DNA from: an uncultured Candidatus Rokubacteria bacterium
Lineage (GTDB): Bacteria; Methylomirabilota; Methylomirabilia; Rokubacteriales; DASRDR01
Direction: 5' to 3'
Assembly: GCA_963826115.1 (NCBI GenBank)
Contig: CAWGVS010000001.1
Span: 44,643-108,642 of the forward strand
Length of the DNA: 64,000 nt
Shown: in pieces, positions 28,876 through 39,129 of the stretch
Layout: each line of letters starts with the position of its first letter
How positions within the stretch are numbered: position 1 is the first letter of the stretch
The notes under the pieces: model-generated
Told to the model about the DNA's origin: nothing
The model's input: only the letters and a program-made list of their open reading frames with translations
Database searches by the model: none
Position numbers and translations under genes: made by a program

Positions 28876-28975
28876 GATGTCTCCTAGGCGTCTAACGAAC
28901 AGTAGGCTGACCCGCTCTGCTCGCGACCGGGCGCCACTCCCGGGGGGCGCCCGGCGGCAACCTCTCAATCGAATA

Positions 28976-29656
28976 TCAGTGCGCGTGAACCGCCGCCTTC
29001 GGATCGGCGATCGCATCGTCACGCTCGGTCGGCACCTGATGTCGTGCCAGTCTGGCGAACGTCAGCAGGTGCAGTAGGATGAACAGCGGCACCAGGAACG
29101 TCGGAATCAGGCTGACGGGGAACGTGACCATGAGCTCCGTCGTGACGCCGCCGCGGCTCAGTACGCCAAGCGGGCCGTTCGAGTACAGAACCCCCACCAC
29201 CAGGGCCGACAGGAGATCGGCGAGCCCGAACGTGTTCCAGACGAGCAGCCACGTCCGCGAGACGGTTCCTCGTCGAAGGCTGGGAAGAAGGGCGAGGGCG
29301 CCGGCCGCGGTCACGGCATCACCAAGACCTTCCGGAATCGCAAACCCGCCCGGCAGCCTGCCGAACATCCAGGCCGCCACGAACCCGAAGCCGACGAATC
29401 GCCAGGTGTGCAGCCCGACCATCCACGTCAGGCTGAAACGATCGGTCCACGCCCGCAGCGACGGGCTGAGGCGGTACGCCACGACGCCAAGCGCGATGGG
29501 GACGACGATGAACGAGAGGAGAATCACCGGCGGCTGGCCCGGCCGGTTGACGAGGCCCGTCGTGGCGCCGACGATGGCGGCGACGAGCCAGACGAGGAGC
29601 GCGAACCCGGTGACCACCCGCACGGTCGAGAATCGAGAGTAATGGATCTGAGTCAT
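28976..29656 (-). CDS. Conserved multi-TM membrane protein (MarR-associated)
   Basis: LHTWRFVG...LPGGFA..G.GD...WNTFGLADL...FPVSLIPTFLVP; AAGGAG RBS. Confidence 0.75.
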   Translation of the reverse strand: MTQIHYSRFSTVRVVTGFALLVWLVAAIVGATTGLVNRPGQPPVILLSFIVVPIALGVVAYRLSPSLRAWTDRFSLTWMVGLHTWRFVGFGFVAAWMFGRLPGGFAIPEGLGDAVTAAGALALLPSLRRGTVSRTWLLVWNTFGLADLLSALVVGVLYSNGPLGVLSRGGVTTELMVTFPVSLIPTFLVPLFILLHLLTFARLARHQVPTERDDAIADPKAAVHAH

Positions 29657-29672
29657 ACGAGTCTCCTTAGAC

Positions 29673-29686
29673 TGTGCATATGCACA
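29673..29686. promoter_or_regulatory. Palindromic operator TGTGCATATGCACA (second copy TGTGCATATACACA at 30172-30185)
   Basis: One copy directly upstream of each of the two genes of the MarR module. Confidence 0.7.
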
Positions 29687-29709
29687 CTTATGCTCCACGA
29701 ACGCCGTCC

Positions 29710-30168
29710 TCACGCACTCCGTTGACGTGTGACGGACTGACCGAGGTACCGGAGCGCGAGGCGCCACCCCGAATCCGGCACCTGCGCGCGCACCTCGTCC
29801 TGCACGCCCCGCCAGGCCGGGTAGACGCACGCGAGCAACGCACGTCCCTTCGCGGTCGCGCGCAGCTCGTCATGCCGGTGCCCCGCGGCGCGACGGACCT
29901 CCACCAGGCGCCGGCGCACCAGCGGCCGGACGTTGCGCAGGAGCGTCGTCCGGTCCATCCCCAGGCTCTCCGCGAGTGGCGCGAGACGGACGCTGTCGCC
30001 CGTCGCCGCAGCCGTGAGGATCGGGAGTTGCGTGGCGCGGAGACCGAACGGGCGCAGGGCCGCGTCGTACCGCTGCGTGACGATCCTCGTCGTCCGTCTG
30101 AGGGCCAGGCACAGGCAGTCCTGGAAATCCTTCAGTTCGGCGCCGGTCGGGGTTTGGCGGGGCATCAT
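29710..30168 (-). CDS. MarR-family transcriptional regulator
   Basis: CLCLALRRTTR.VTQRYD..LRPFGLRATQ...LGMDRTTL.RN. Confidence 0.9.
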   Translation of the reverse strand: MMPRQTPTGAELKDFQDCLCLALRRTTRIVTQRYDAALRPFGLRATQLPILTAAATGDSVRLAPLAESLGMDRTTLLRNVRPLVRRRLVEVRRAAGHRHDELRATAKGRALLACVYPAWRGVQDEVRAQVPDSGWRLALRYLGQSVTRQRSA

Positions 30169-30511
30169 GAGTGTGCATATACACAGTATAAGACGTCGCC
30201 ATCCAGGTCAAGGTTCACCGTTGCCTCCCAGAACGCGAGATCCGTCTCCACGACATGGTGTCGCCGCGATTCTTCCCTGGAAGGCATCGCGTTCGACGGA
30301 AATCGATTCAATGGACCGCCGCAACGGCACAACTGTTCAAGTACTTGACGCGTTTTTGAGAGTGCTCGCGCAGAGATGGCGAGCCTAACAGGAATCGAAC
30401 CGACGCGAGGCCGATGCGCTCCCACAATCGGATTGTTCCTGAGCAGTCGCCAAGGGATGCCGCCCACAGGTCGTGGGCCATGGTCGGGTGGCGCCCGAGG
30501 CCGCCGCTGAT

Positions 30512-30620
30512 GACCCCGCCGAGACCCGCTCGGGGCCGCCGTCCCCACGGCGCAACTGGACGTGGGCAGCCCTCATGCGACGCGCGTTCGCGATCGCCGT
30601 GTTGGCCTGTCCGAACTGGG
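30512..30620 (+). pseudogene. IS91-family transposase C-terminal scrap
   Basis: WTWAALMRRAFAIAVLACPN, cut by an inverted ori end. Confidence 0.65.
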
Positions 30621-30697
30621 GGGTAGGCGACATGCTTTTCTCAGTCGGGCTCCACTCCCTCCTCCCGGGGGGGGCTCCACTCCCTCCTCCCGGGGGA
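30618..30697 (-). mobile_element. IS91-like ori end with internal ~25 bp tandem duplication
   Basis: gggctccactccctcctcccggggg occurs twice; terminal catgtcgcctacccc. Confidence 0.6.
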
Positions 30698-30770
30698 CCG
30701 CTGAACATCGCGGCCCTGGCGCTTCGAATCCCGAGGTAGTCCGTCTGGACGCCTATCGTGAACGCGTCGA

Positions 30771-31310
30771 TCGAACCAGCGGTGGTGCTCCGACGTCTTC
30801 CTCATCCCGTGCTGGAGCGGCGAGGTCCTGTCCGTCGCCTTCGCGATCGACTGTCACGATCGCGAGGGCCTCGCCTGGACCGCCTCGCCGCGGCCGCTGA
30901 CGGGTGCCGACATTCGCACGCTCATGGACACGGCGTTGTGGGCCCGCTTCGGCGAGGCGACGGCCATGGCGCCGCACGCGATCCAGTGGCTCAGCGACAA
31001 CGCCCCGCAGTACACCGCGACGGCCAGCGTCCTCTACGCGCATGAGCTCGGCCTGGTGCCGATCACCACGCCGGCGTACAGCCCCGAGAGCAATGGCCTG
31101 GCGGAAGCCTTCGTGAAGACCTTCAAGCGGGACTATGTCGGCGGGCCGGAGCTCCGCGACGCCGAATCGGTGCTCATGCAGCTGGGTGGGTGGTTTGCCG
31201 ACTACAATACCCAGGCGCCCCACGGCGCGCTGGGACTCCGGAGCCCGGTGGAGTACCGGGCGACCTTAGGACTCGCGCCCCCATCTGTCTAGCGAACTGG
31301 GAGCACTCCA
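30771..31310 (+). mobile_element. IS3-family transposase 3' half (rve core) with probable right end
   Basis: SNQRWCSD, IDCHDRE, WLSDN, SPESNGLAEAFVKTFKRDYV, YN..PH.ALG..SP; ends ...gggagcactcCA. Confidence 0.8.
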
Positions 31311-31370
31311 AGGTCGGCATGCTAGGCCGCCTTTACCCGCCCACGTAGGGGCACGGTCAAGCTAAAGCGG

Positions 31371-31485
31371 TGGTGGCTCCAACGGGATTCGAACCCGTGC
31401 TTGAATCGAGATCACGCTTTCGCCAGTCAGCTCGCGAGGTTACGCGCTGTCTAGTTCCGAACAAGGAGACGGGACTCAAACCTCA
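31371..31485 (+). repeat. tRNA-Glu-like 3'-end remnant plus conserved ~90 bp tail
   Basis: Reverse complement of 31371-31399 is CACGGGTTCGAATCCCGTTGGAGCCACCA; tail ends gagacgggactcaaacct as at 35708-35725. Confidence 0.7.
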
Positions 31486-31599
31486 GACCGTGCCAATTCC
31501 CGGAAGAAGCGCTCCAGGAGATTCCTGAGCACCAGCGTGAACCTGTCTTCCGGGTTCACCGCGGCGGCCTGGCGCACCCCATCGCCGCGAACTTGTAGT

Positions 31600-31745
31600 A
31601 GCCCATCTGCCGACCGATGCCCACGACCCTCGACTTGAAGTCGCCGAGCGTCGCGCCCGCGCCGCTGTCGCCGGTGACCTGCCGGTAGACGTCGCCCACG
31701 AGGCCGACGTGGCAGTGCTCCGACAGGAACTGGGACGCGACCTCT
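31600..31745 (-). pseudogene. SphA/phenol-MetA-type outer-membrane transporter scrap
   Basis: ASQFLSEHCHVGLVGDVYRQVTGDSGAGATLGDFKSRVVGIG.QMGY. Confidence 0.55.
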
Positions 31746-31806
31746 CGGCGCCGGCAAGCCGGATTGCGTAGACTGTGAGGCCTGACCCCCTTTTCAGGAG
31801 GCGACG

Positions 31807-32790
31807 ATGGCGCAGGCGAGCACGATGAGCTACGAGGTCGTCGAGGGTTGGGAGCAGCTGCCCGCCGGCTGGGAGCACCGGGACGTGGCCGGGGTCGCCG
31901 TCGACGCGGAGAGCCGCGTCTACCTGATCTGCCGCGGCGAGCACCCGATCATTGTCTACGACAGCCAGGGGAACTTCATTCGCGCCTGGGGCGAGGGCGA
32001 CTTCACCCTGCGGACGCATGGAATCACGGTCGGCCCCGACGGGACCGTCTACGCCACCGATGACGGCAATCACACGGTGCGCCAGTTCACTCCCGGCGGA
32101 AAGCTGCTGATGACCCTGGGAACGCTGAACACCCCCTCCGACACCGGGTACGACGGCAAGAGCACGGTCACCGCAACCAGGCCCGGAGGGCCCTTCAATC
32201 GCCCGACCAACGTGGCGATCGGACCCCGGGGCGACGTCTACGTCTCCGACGGCTACGGGAACTGCCGGGTCCACCGCTTCTCGCCCACCGGTGAGCTGAA
32301 GCGCTCGTGGGGCGCGGCCGGCCAGGGCCCCGGCGAGTTCTTCCTGCCCCACGGCATCGCCGTGGCGGCGGACGGGCGCGTGTTCGTCTGCGACCGGGAG
32401 AACGACCGCATCCAGATCTTCAGCCCCGACGGCGAGTATCTCGCCCAGTGGACCGACACCCGGCGGCCGACCCACCTCGTGTTCGACGGCCAGGGCCGAG
32501 CCTACGTCTCCGAGCTGTGGTGGCAGCCGGGCCAGACCTCCCGGCGCTACGGACCGGCCGGGGAGCTCCGCGCGGGCCGCGTCAGCGTCTACGACCGGGA
32601 GGGACGCGTCCTCGCGCGCTGGGGCGGGCCGGATCCGGTCGCGGCCGGTAGCTTCGCGGCTCCCCACGGCATCGCCGTGGATTCGAAAAACGACGTGTAC
32701 GTGAGCGAGGTCACCTGGACGTTCGCGGCCAGCCGCGGCCACGTGCCGGCGGGCTGCCATACGTTCCAGAAGTTCGCGCTACGAGGGTAG
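31807..32790 (+). CDS. NHL-repeat protein (peptidyl-alpha-hydroxyglycine alpha-amidating lyase family)
   Basis: FNRPTNVA..YVSDGYGNCRVHRF, FFLPHGIAV..VCDRENDRIQIF; AGGAGG RBS. Confidence 0.9.
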   Translation: MAQASTMSYEVVEGWEQLPAGWEHRDVAGVAVDAESRVYLICRGEHPIIVYDSQGNFIRAWGEGDFTLRTHGITVGPDGTVYATDDGNHTVRQFTPGGKLLMTLGTLNTPSDTGYDGKSTVTATRPGGPFNRPTNVAIGPRGDVYVSDGYGNCRVHRFSPTGELKRSWGAAGQGPGEFFLPHGIAVAADGRVFVCDRENDRIQIFSPDGEYLAQWTDTRRPTHLVFDGQGRAYVSELWWQPGQTSRRYGPAGELRAGRVSVYDREGRVLARWGGPDPVAAGSFAAPHGIAVDSKNDVYVSEVTWTFAASRGHVPAGCHTFQKFALRG

Positions 32791-32912
32791 GCGGCTCGCC
32801 AGCGCCGACGGCGATCCCGCCCAGGATCAGCACGACGGCCGCGACGAGCAACGGGGTCAGCGCCTCGCCGAGCCACAGGGTCGCCAGCAGCGCCAGCGCC
32901 GTGACGACTGCC
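32790..32912 (-). pseudogene. EamA/DMT transporter C-terminal scrap
   Basis: LLATLWLGEALTPLLVAAVVLILGGIAV. Confidence 0.55.
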
Positions 32913-32948
32913 GGCAGGTCCCGGTCGTTTTCCCCGAGGGGGGCGCGG

Positions 32949-33968
32949 CTAGCGGGGTGCCGGCCAGACGATGGCCGCGCCCGCGCCGCCGAATTGGCCC
33001 CGGCGGGTGAGGAAGTTTTCCGCGCTCAGGAGCACGATCATGAGCAAGGACAGGCAGACCAGGAACATCGCGATGCCGATCACGATCTCGAGGATCTTGA
33101 GATTCTCGAACAGCGAGGGTATCGACCTGCCTCCGCGTTCCCGGCGCACCCGCAGCTTCGCCGGGATCGTCGCCACGCGCCACGCGGTATTGGCCGCCAA
33201 GGCGATTCCCACGGCGGCGATTGCGAGTCCGACGCCGACGAACACGAGGATGCCGAAGCGCGTGCCGGCGCTGCCCTCGAGATAGTTTTGCGTCGTGGCG
33301 GCAACCAGGCGCGGGGTGCGTGCGAACGCCTCACCGATCCGCGAGAACCAGGGTCGCTGTGAGCGCCGGTCCGCGGCCGCCCTCGCGTGAATCGCCTCCG
33401 CATCGTCGTTGCCCATTTCTTTGCGCAGGGCCTTGATGAGGGCGTCGAATCCGCGCTCGTACTGGCCCTGCGGAAAGGCGGGGGCGAGATGCGATTCGAG
33501 CAGCTGCCGCACGCGGGCGTCGGTGAACACCGACTCGAGCCCGTAGCCCACGTCGATGCGCGCGATCCGCGGCTCCGTGAAGACGAATACGACGAGCCCG
33601 GTGTCGTTCTTCGCCGCGCCGATCTTCCAGTCGGTGGCGGTCTGAATCGTCCACGCCGCAAGGTCCCCTTCCGGCGGCTTGCGGTCGACATAGACAACGA
33701 TCTCCGCGCGCTCGTCATTGAGCAATGCCCCGGCCCACTCGCTGGCAAACTTGGGCGACACGATCCCGACTCGGTCGACGAAGGCCTGGGCGGGCTGCGC
33801 GAGCGATGGCGGAGGCGGGAGCTTGCGCGGCGCGGCGAAGATCAGAAGCAGGATGACCGCCGCGAACGTCGCCAGCGACCACCGGACGATCCGAACCATC
33901 CGGGGCGTCACGAGCGCCGCCGCGGTTCCCTTCGGAGTGGGCTTGGCAGCGGGCTTGGACAAGGGCAT
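32949..33968 (-). CDS. TPM-domain membrane protein
   Basis: VDRVGIV, WKIG..KNDTGLV, RIDVGYGLE..FTDA, C-terminal GQFGGAGA. Confidence 0.85.
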   Translation of the reverse strand: MPLSKPAAKPTPKGTAAALVTPRMVRIVRWSLATFAAVILLLIFAAPRKLPPPPSLAQPAQAFVDRVGIVSPKFASEWAGALLNDERAEIVVYVDRKPPEGDLAAWTIQTATDWKIGAAKNDTGLVVFVFTEPRIARIDVGYGLESVFTDARVRQLLESHLAPAFPQGQYERGFDALIKALRKEMGNDDAEAIHARAAADRRSQRPWFSRIGEAFARTPRLVAATTQNYLEGSAGTRFGILVFVGVGLAIAAVGIALAANTAWRVATIPAKLRVRRERGGRSIPSLFENLKILEIVIGIAMFLVCLSLLMIVLLSAENFLTRRGQFGGAGAAIVWPAPR

Positions 33969-34209
33969 CGCGTATTCCCTGGGTCTCCGCTTTGCACCGG
34001 CGGCCATGTCGCCGCGATTCGTGAGGCGTCGACGGACCGGAAGCCACGAGCGCTGGAACCAGACCCAGCCAGCAGTCCCTCTCGTGCGCAGTGAGACGGT
34101 TAGTACGGCACCGGAACCTTCTCGAACGGGGGATCGTGAGCTCCCAACATCGCCGACCCGTCGCAGCGAAAGACGGTGTCTTGCGTTCGAGCTTGCCAAT
34201 CCCCGTCGA

Positions 34210-34602
34210 TCAGCTGCAACCCGTTCGGGGCGTGCCTCGCGCTTTCCTGGGCACCAGCGTGCACGCGAAGGTGGCGGGCTGCTGCCGGTACTGGTCAAGG
34301 AGGGCCCGGAGCCGCGCCAGCGTTCGGTCCCGCTTGGAGAGGCCGATACCGTAGATCGCCAGATCGTTCACCAGCCGCGTGTAGAAGAAATGCTGGTGGT
34401 CACCAGTGTCCCGCATGCAGGGCGTCGGCTTCTGCGCCACGCGCAGGAGGAGCCCGAACGCGTGGACGTACTCGCCGAGCACCGGCTCGTCACGGAGGTC
34501 CGGGGGAACCTCGGGGAAGCGTGCCAGGAACTCATCCACCGTCATCGGGGTGCGAACGGCCCGGGCGCATTCCTCCAGGTCCGACGATAGGTGTATCTGC
34601 AT
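34210..34602 (-). CDS. Hypothetical protein (130 aa)
   Basis: GGAGG RBS, good codon bias, no recognisable family. Confidence 0.6.
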   Translation of the reverse strand: MQIHLSSDLEECARAVRTPMTVDEFLARFPEVPPDLRDEPVLGEYVHAFGLLLRVAQKPTPCMRDTGDHQHFFYTRLVNDLAIYGIGLSKRDRTLARLRALLDQYRQQPATFACTLVPRKARGTPRTGCS

Positions 34603-34770
34603 GACAGCCCCTCCAGAGCCCAGTATAGTCCGGGGGCGCCCGGCTGGTCTTCTCCTGCCCACACACCCATACGTCCTGACGGTCAGGCTCACCCGATCAA
34701 CCGCCGATGCCTCCAGCGCCTCGCGGGATCGCACGCAGGAATCTCTCTCATCGCCGTCGCGCCTCTCGGA

Positions 34771-35433
34771 TCACGAGCCGGGCGAGCCCTTCCAAGGCCG
34801 TTGCCCGTAGCGGTCGAGCGAGACCACCTCGCCCACCGGCCGGCGCGTCGTCGGTCCGTAGCGACCGCGCGGCCAGCCGAGCGGGATCACCGCACAGGGC
34901 TGCACGCTCCAGGGGCAGCCGAGGATGCGCCGCGCCGACCAGGTGCTCCACAGCGGCAGCGTGATCAGCGCCGCGCCGAGGTTCACGGCACGCGCGGCGA
35001 GCAGCAGGTTCTGCACCGAGGGGAAGACCGAACCGTAGTACGAGGCGGTCGCCATCGGCGGGAACCAGAGTCGGAGCCCGCGCAGGCAGGCCACGACGAT
35101 CACCGGGATCTCCTCGAAGTGGTCGGCCTGCCACTGCACCGCGTCGAGCACCCGTGGCATCGTCGGGTCATGGCGCGTGAGCCAGCGCCCGAGCCCGCCG
35201 TACAGCTGCCAGGCCTGGCGGTTGCGGCGCGCGAGCTTGGCCTTCACGGCGGGATCGCGCACGATGATGAACTCCCAGTTCTGGGCGTTCGACCCGGTCG
35301 GTGCCTTCAGCGCCAGCTCGATGAGCCGCAGCACGAGCGCGTCGTCCACCGGATCAGGCTTGAGGCGCCTCACCGCGCGCTGCGTCGTCATGGCCTCCGC
35401 GAGCGGCATGGAGAAGTCCCACGTGTCTCTCAT
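34771..35433 (-). CDS. Nitroreductase-family protein
   Basis: TQRAVRRLKPDPV, APTGSNAQNWEF, QNLLLAARA..LG, IPLGWP. Confidence 0.9.
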   Translation of the reverse strand: MRDTWDFSMPLAEAMTTQRAVRRLKPDPVDDALVLRLIELALKAPTGSNAQNWEFIIVRDPAVKAKLARRNRQAWQLYGGLGRWLTRHDPTMPRVLDAVQWQADHFEEIPVIVVACLRGLRLWFPPMATASYYGSVFPSVQNLLLAARAVNLGAALITLPLWSTWSARRILGCPWSVQPCAVIPLGWPRGRYGPTTRRPVGEVVSLDRYGQRPWKGSPGS

Positions 35434-35614
35434 CGAGGCATCCTCCCTCAGGTGCGAAAAGGCCGAAAGCAAGGTTTCGGTGAAGAAGCGTTGCGTCGAG
35501 GCCTAAGGCGAACGAAGGCTCGCCGGCTGACGCGAGGGTTTGATCCAGGCTTGAGGACCTTCCCCATTGTCCTCAAACCTGGAGGCGGACATCTCACCTA
35601 TCATGAATCGCGGG

Positions 35615-35742
35615 TGGTGGCACGACGGGATTCGAACCCGTGTTTCAGTCACGATCGCCTCTGAGCCCATAGATTCGCGCGGTTAGGACGCATGACGCCT
35701 CCGAGAAGAGACGGGACTCGAACCTTCACGGGTTCGAATCCC
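35615..35742. repeat. ~120 bp element with 16 bp inverted repeats made of tRNA T-arm sequence
   Basis: gggattcgaacccgtg (35627-35642) and cacgggttcgaatccc (35727-35742). Confidence 0.7.
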
Positions 35743-36176
35743 CGACGGGAACTGCCCCCCTTAGGTTGCTCGTACCCATCCGCGTCCGGGTACGGGCGGC
35801 CTGATGGCAGAACACTCGCCACTCTCCCCTAACCCCAGGTTACCTAGGCCCAGATGATCGAAGTGGTCCGTATATTTGATTCGCCAGCTCGGGCCCGGCC
35901 CGCCGCCTGGGGCGTCCGCCATCGCGCCCTGACGGCCCCTGATCTCACGGGGGCGCTCGATCTCTAGACTCGCGGCGGCGGATTGGGCCCGCCCGTGCTT
36001 CCCGGCCCCTCACCCGACGACGCCGAAGTCCTGGACGCCGCGGGTCCCATCCCGTGCCGTCCTTGACACTCTCCGCGCCGAAGGCACAGGATTGGGGTCG
36101 CGTGAGGCCGTCACGCAGGGCGAGTGTTGTCTGCCAGCCCCCATGGGACCCGACCGAGAAGGGGCTTTATGTCGAT
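35739..36176 (+). repeat. Composite direct repeat (recombinase tail plus IS91 ori region); partner at 38990-39551
   Basis: 35739-35829 identical to 38990-39080; 35891-36176 closely similar to 39268-39551; includes TTGACA(36063)-N18-CAGGAT. Confidence 0.85.
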
Positions 36177-36518
36177 CAGGATCGCGAAGAGTACGAGCGG
36201 TGTGCGCGGCGGTCCACTCGGGTCCGTAGTGGTCGGCTCGGGGTCGTAGACGGTCGCATCCTGGTGAGAGGTCGCCACCCCGACCGCCGGATCGGGTGGC
36301 AGTTGCGACCCGGGCTCGATCCGGGGCGGTATGGTCATGATGATGCCTCACTACTCGCGCTGCCCCGCCCAATGCAGATACCGTACCTGGCAATCACGCA
36401 GAGTCCTGGGTGAGCCTCGTTCCCAGCGCGGCCGATCGCAAGACCAGCAGAGTCCGTGTGTCGTTGGGCGACAATCGCCGTTGTCGTTCGGGCGGTGCTG
36501 CATGGAGAGGGTGATGCC

Positions 36519-37964
36519 ATGACGATGAGTGCCAGCAGCCTCTATCAACTGTCGATCGCCGAGCTCCTGCCACTGCTGCGACGACGTGAGCTATCGCCGG
36601 TCGAGGTTGCGGAGGCGGCGCTCGCTCGGATCGAGGCACTGAATCCGACGCTGAACGCCTTCTGCACGATCGACCCGGAGCTGGTCCGGGCCCAGGCGAA
36701 ACGTGCCGAGCGTGAGCTGCTGGCGGGCGACGGCGTCGGGCCGCTCTGCGGCGTGCCGATCGCCGTCAAGGATCTGATCTTCACCAGGGATCTGCGCACG
36801 GTTGGCGGCTCGACGGCGTACCGAGACTTCGTGCCGGAGGAGGACGACGTCACCGTCGAGCGGCTGCGTCAAGCTGGCGCCATCATCCTGGGCAAGACCA
36901 ATGTGGCCGAGTTCGGCTACGGCCGGGGCCTCACCATTAATCCCGTGTTCGGTACCACCCGCAACCCCTGGAACTTGGAGCGGACGCCCGGTAGCTCTAG
37001 CGGTGGCTCGGCGGCGGCGCTGGCGGCGGGGATGTGCCCGGGTGCGCTCGGGAGCGACGGCGGCGGCTCTGTGCGCAGCCCCAGTAGCTACTGTGGCCTG
37101 TACGGCATCAAGGCGTCGTTTGGGCGAGTACCGCTCTATCCGAGCTGCCGCGACGTCCGCTATCCTGGTTTTAGTGGCTGGGAGACGCTGGAGCACATCG
37201 GGCCGATGGCGCGCACGGTGACTGACGTGGCACTCTTGCTGGACGTCCTGGCCGGGCCTGATCCGCGCGATCGTCACTCACTGCCGCGCGAAGCCGGCTC
37301 GTTCGCCGATCTCGATGGCGCCGACGTGAAGGGGCTGCGGATCGCCTGGACTGTCGATTTCGGCGGCTACGCCCGGGCCGATGCCCCGGTGGCGGCAGCG
37401 GTTGAGGCAGCTGCGCGTCGGTTTGCGAACCTGGGGGCCCAGGTCGAGAACGCCACTCCGTTCACCGACGATCCGCGCACGTATTTCGCGGCCGTGGTGG
37501 CGTTCGACTCGGACGTCACGGCGATGCGCAAGCTGGCGGCCGAGCAGCCAGGCTCGATCAGCGACGCGCTTGCAGCGTCAGTGGCGCGCGAATGGACCTA
37601 CGCCGAATTGTCGGACGCCGCCACCGCCCGTCGCGACCTCTACAACAAGCTCTGGCGCTTCTTCGAGACCTACGATCTGCTGCTGACGCCAACCACGCCA
37701 ACCGTCGCCTTCGACGTGACGCACTTCGGGCCGCGCGAAGTGGCCGGCGTGGCGGTCACCTCAGACCGGCCGGCTCCCTCGTTCACCAGCCCATTCAACC
37801 TGACCGGCAACCCGGCCGCTAGCATCCCGGTCGGCTGGACCGAGGACGGCCTGCCGATCGGGATGCAGATCATCGGCAACCACCTGGCCGACCACCTGGT
37901 GCTGCGGGCATCGCGAGCGTATGAGCGAGCGGCGCCGTGGGCCGATCGCTGGCCGGCGCTGTAA
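36519..37964 (+). CDS. Amidase signature-family enzyme
   Basis: GVPIAVKD, GKTN..EFG, TPGSSSGGSAAA, GSDGGGSVRSPSSYCG. Confidence 0.93.
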   Translation: MTMSASSLYQLSIAELLPLLRRRELSPVEVAEAALARIEALNPTLNAFCTIDPELVRAQAKRAERELLAGDGVGPLCGVPIAVKDLIFTRDLRTVGGSTAYRDFVPEEDDVTVERLRQAGAIILGKTNVAEFGYGRGLTINPVFGTTRNPWNLERTPGSSSGGSAAALAAGMCPGALGSDGGGSVRSPSSYCGLYGIKASFGRVPLYPSCRDVRYPGFSGWETLEHIGPMARTVTDVALLLDVLAGPDPRDRHSLPREAGSFADLDGADVKGLRIAWTVDFGGYARADAPVAAAVEAAARRFANLGAQVENATPFTDDPRTYFAAVVAFDSDVTAMRKLAAEQPGSISDALAASVAREWTYAELSDAATARRDLYNKLWRFFETYDLLLTPTTPTVAFDVTHFGPREVAGVAVTSDRPAPSFTSPFNLTGNPAASIPVGWTEDGLPIGMQIIGNHLADHLVLRASRAYERAAPWADRWPAL

Positions 37965-38307
37965 GTCGGGCACGGTGTCAGGCCGGCTGGGCCTCGGCCT
38001 GTTGGGCAGTCGCAACCAGCGCATCACGTGTCCCGAATGGCCGGAAAATTCGGCAGGGCAACCCCAACCCGCATCGATTCGCGTACTCCTTCCTTGTCTA
38101 CGGGCACGGCAGTCAAGCCGCCCGCGAGTTACCCTGCCGGTTTGCCTCGTAGGCTGCTCATGCGCAGCAAGAATGGATCTCGACCACCAACAAGCCGAGC
38201 GTGGTGACTGTCACGACGCGGCTCGGCCGGCCGTTGGAACCGTAGCGCGGCCCCGTCGGGGCCGGCAAGGGCCGTACCCATCTGCGTCCAGGTACGGGCA
38301 GCCCTAG

Positions 38308-39055
38308 GTGTCAGAAAGCTCGCCGCTTTCCCCTAACCCGCAGCCACTAAAGAGAACTCGCCCCCCTACGGACGGTTCCCGACGGGGACCTGTCCGTCCC
38401 CGGACCGGGCTCAACGCCCTCAAGGCCCAGATGAAGGTCCGGGGATTGGCGGTCCTTGACCGCCGAACCCTGGCCGCGCGCCACCTCCTCGACTGGCGCG
38501 CCGAGTTGCTCGACGACCTCAGGGGTGAGGCGACGACCAGCTTGACCCCGAGGCCACGGCCCGCGAGACGAGCCGGCTGGAGGCCGAGATAAGCCGGGTC
38601 GACGGCGAGCTTCGCCGGCTCGCCGACGTGATCGCGACCGGGGGCAGCGACCTCTCCAGCCTGACGGCCGCCGTGCGAGAACGGGAGCGCGAGCGCGGGC
38701 GCCACCAGGCCCGCCTGGCCGAGCTAGCGGCGAGGAGCCAACTCGCGCGGCTCGATCGCGCCCGGCTCGGCCGGGACGTGCGGGAGCGGCTGACCGACTG
38801 GCAGGGCCTGATCCTGGGACAGCCGAGCAAGCCCGGCAGGGGGTGAAGAAGCTCCTGGAGGGACGGCTGGCCTGCACGCCCACCGCGGACGGGACGGCGG
38901 TGGAGTTCAGCGGCCAGGGTCGGCTCGATCCCATCCTGGCCGGCGTCATCGAGGCGTGGAACGGGCACGGGCTACCTAAAGGGGTGGTGTCCCCGACGGG
39001 AACTGCCCCCCTTAGGTTGCTCGTACCCATCCGCGTCCGGGTACGGGCGGCCTGA
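38308..39055 (+). pseudogene. Decayed integrative-element end: small-gene scrap plus frameshifted large serine recombinase C-terminus running into a tRNA-Glu att
   Basis: Coiled coil (ELRRLADVIATGG...RERE), KLLEGRL..TP...EFSGQG, ending VVSPTG (gtggtgtccccgacggga). Confidence 0.65.
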
Positions 39056-39129
39056 TGGCAGAACACTCGCCACTCTCCCCAAACCCAAGGCCACCTCAGC
39101 CGGCAGGGTCCCCCGTCCCCGCTCCGCAA

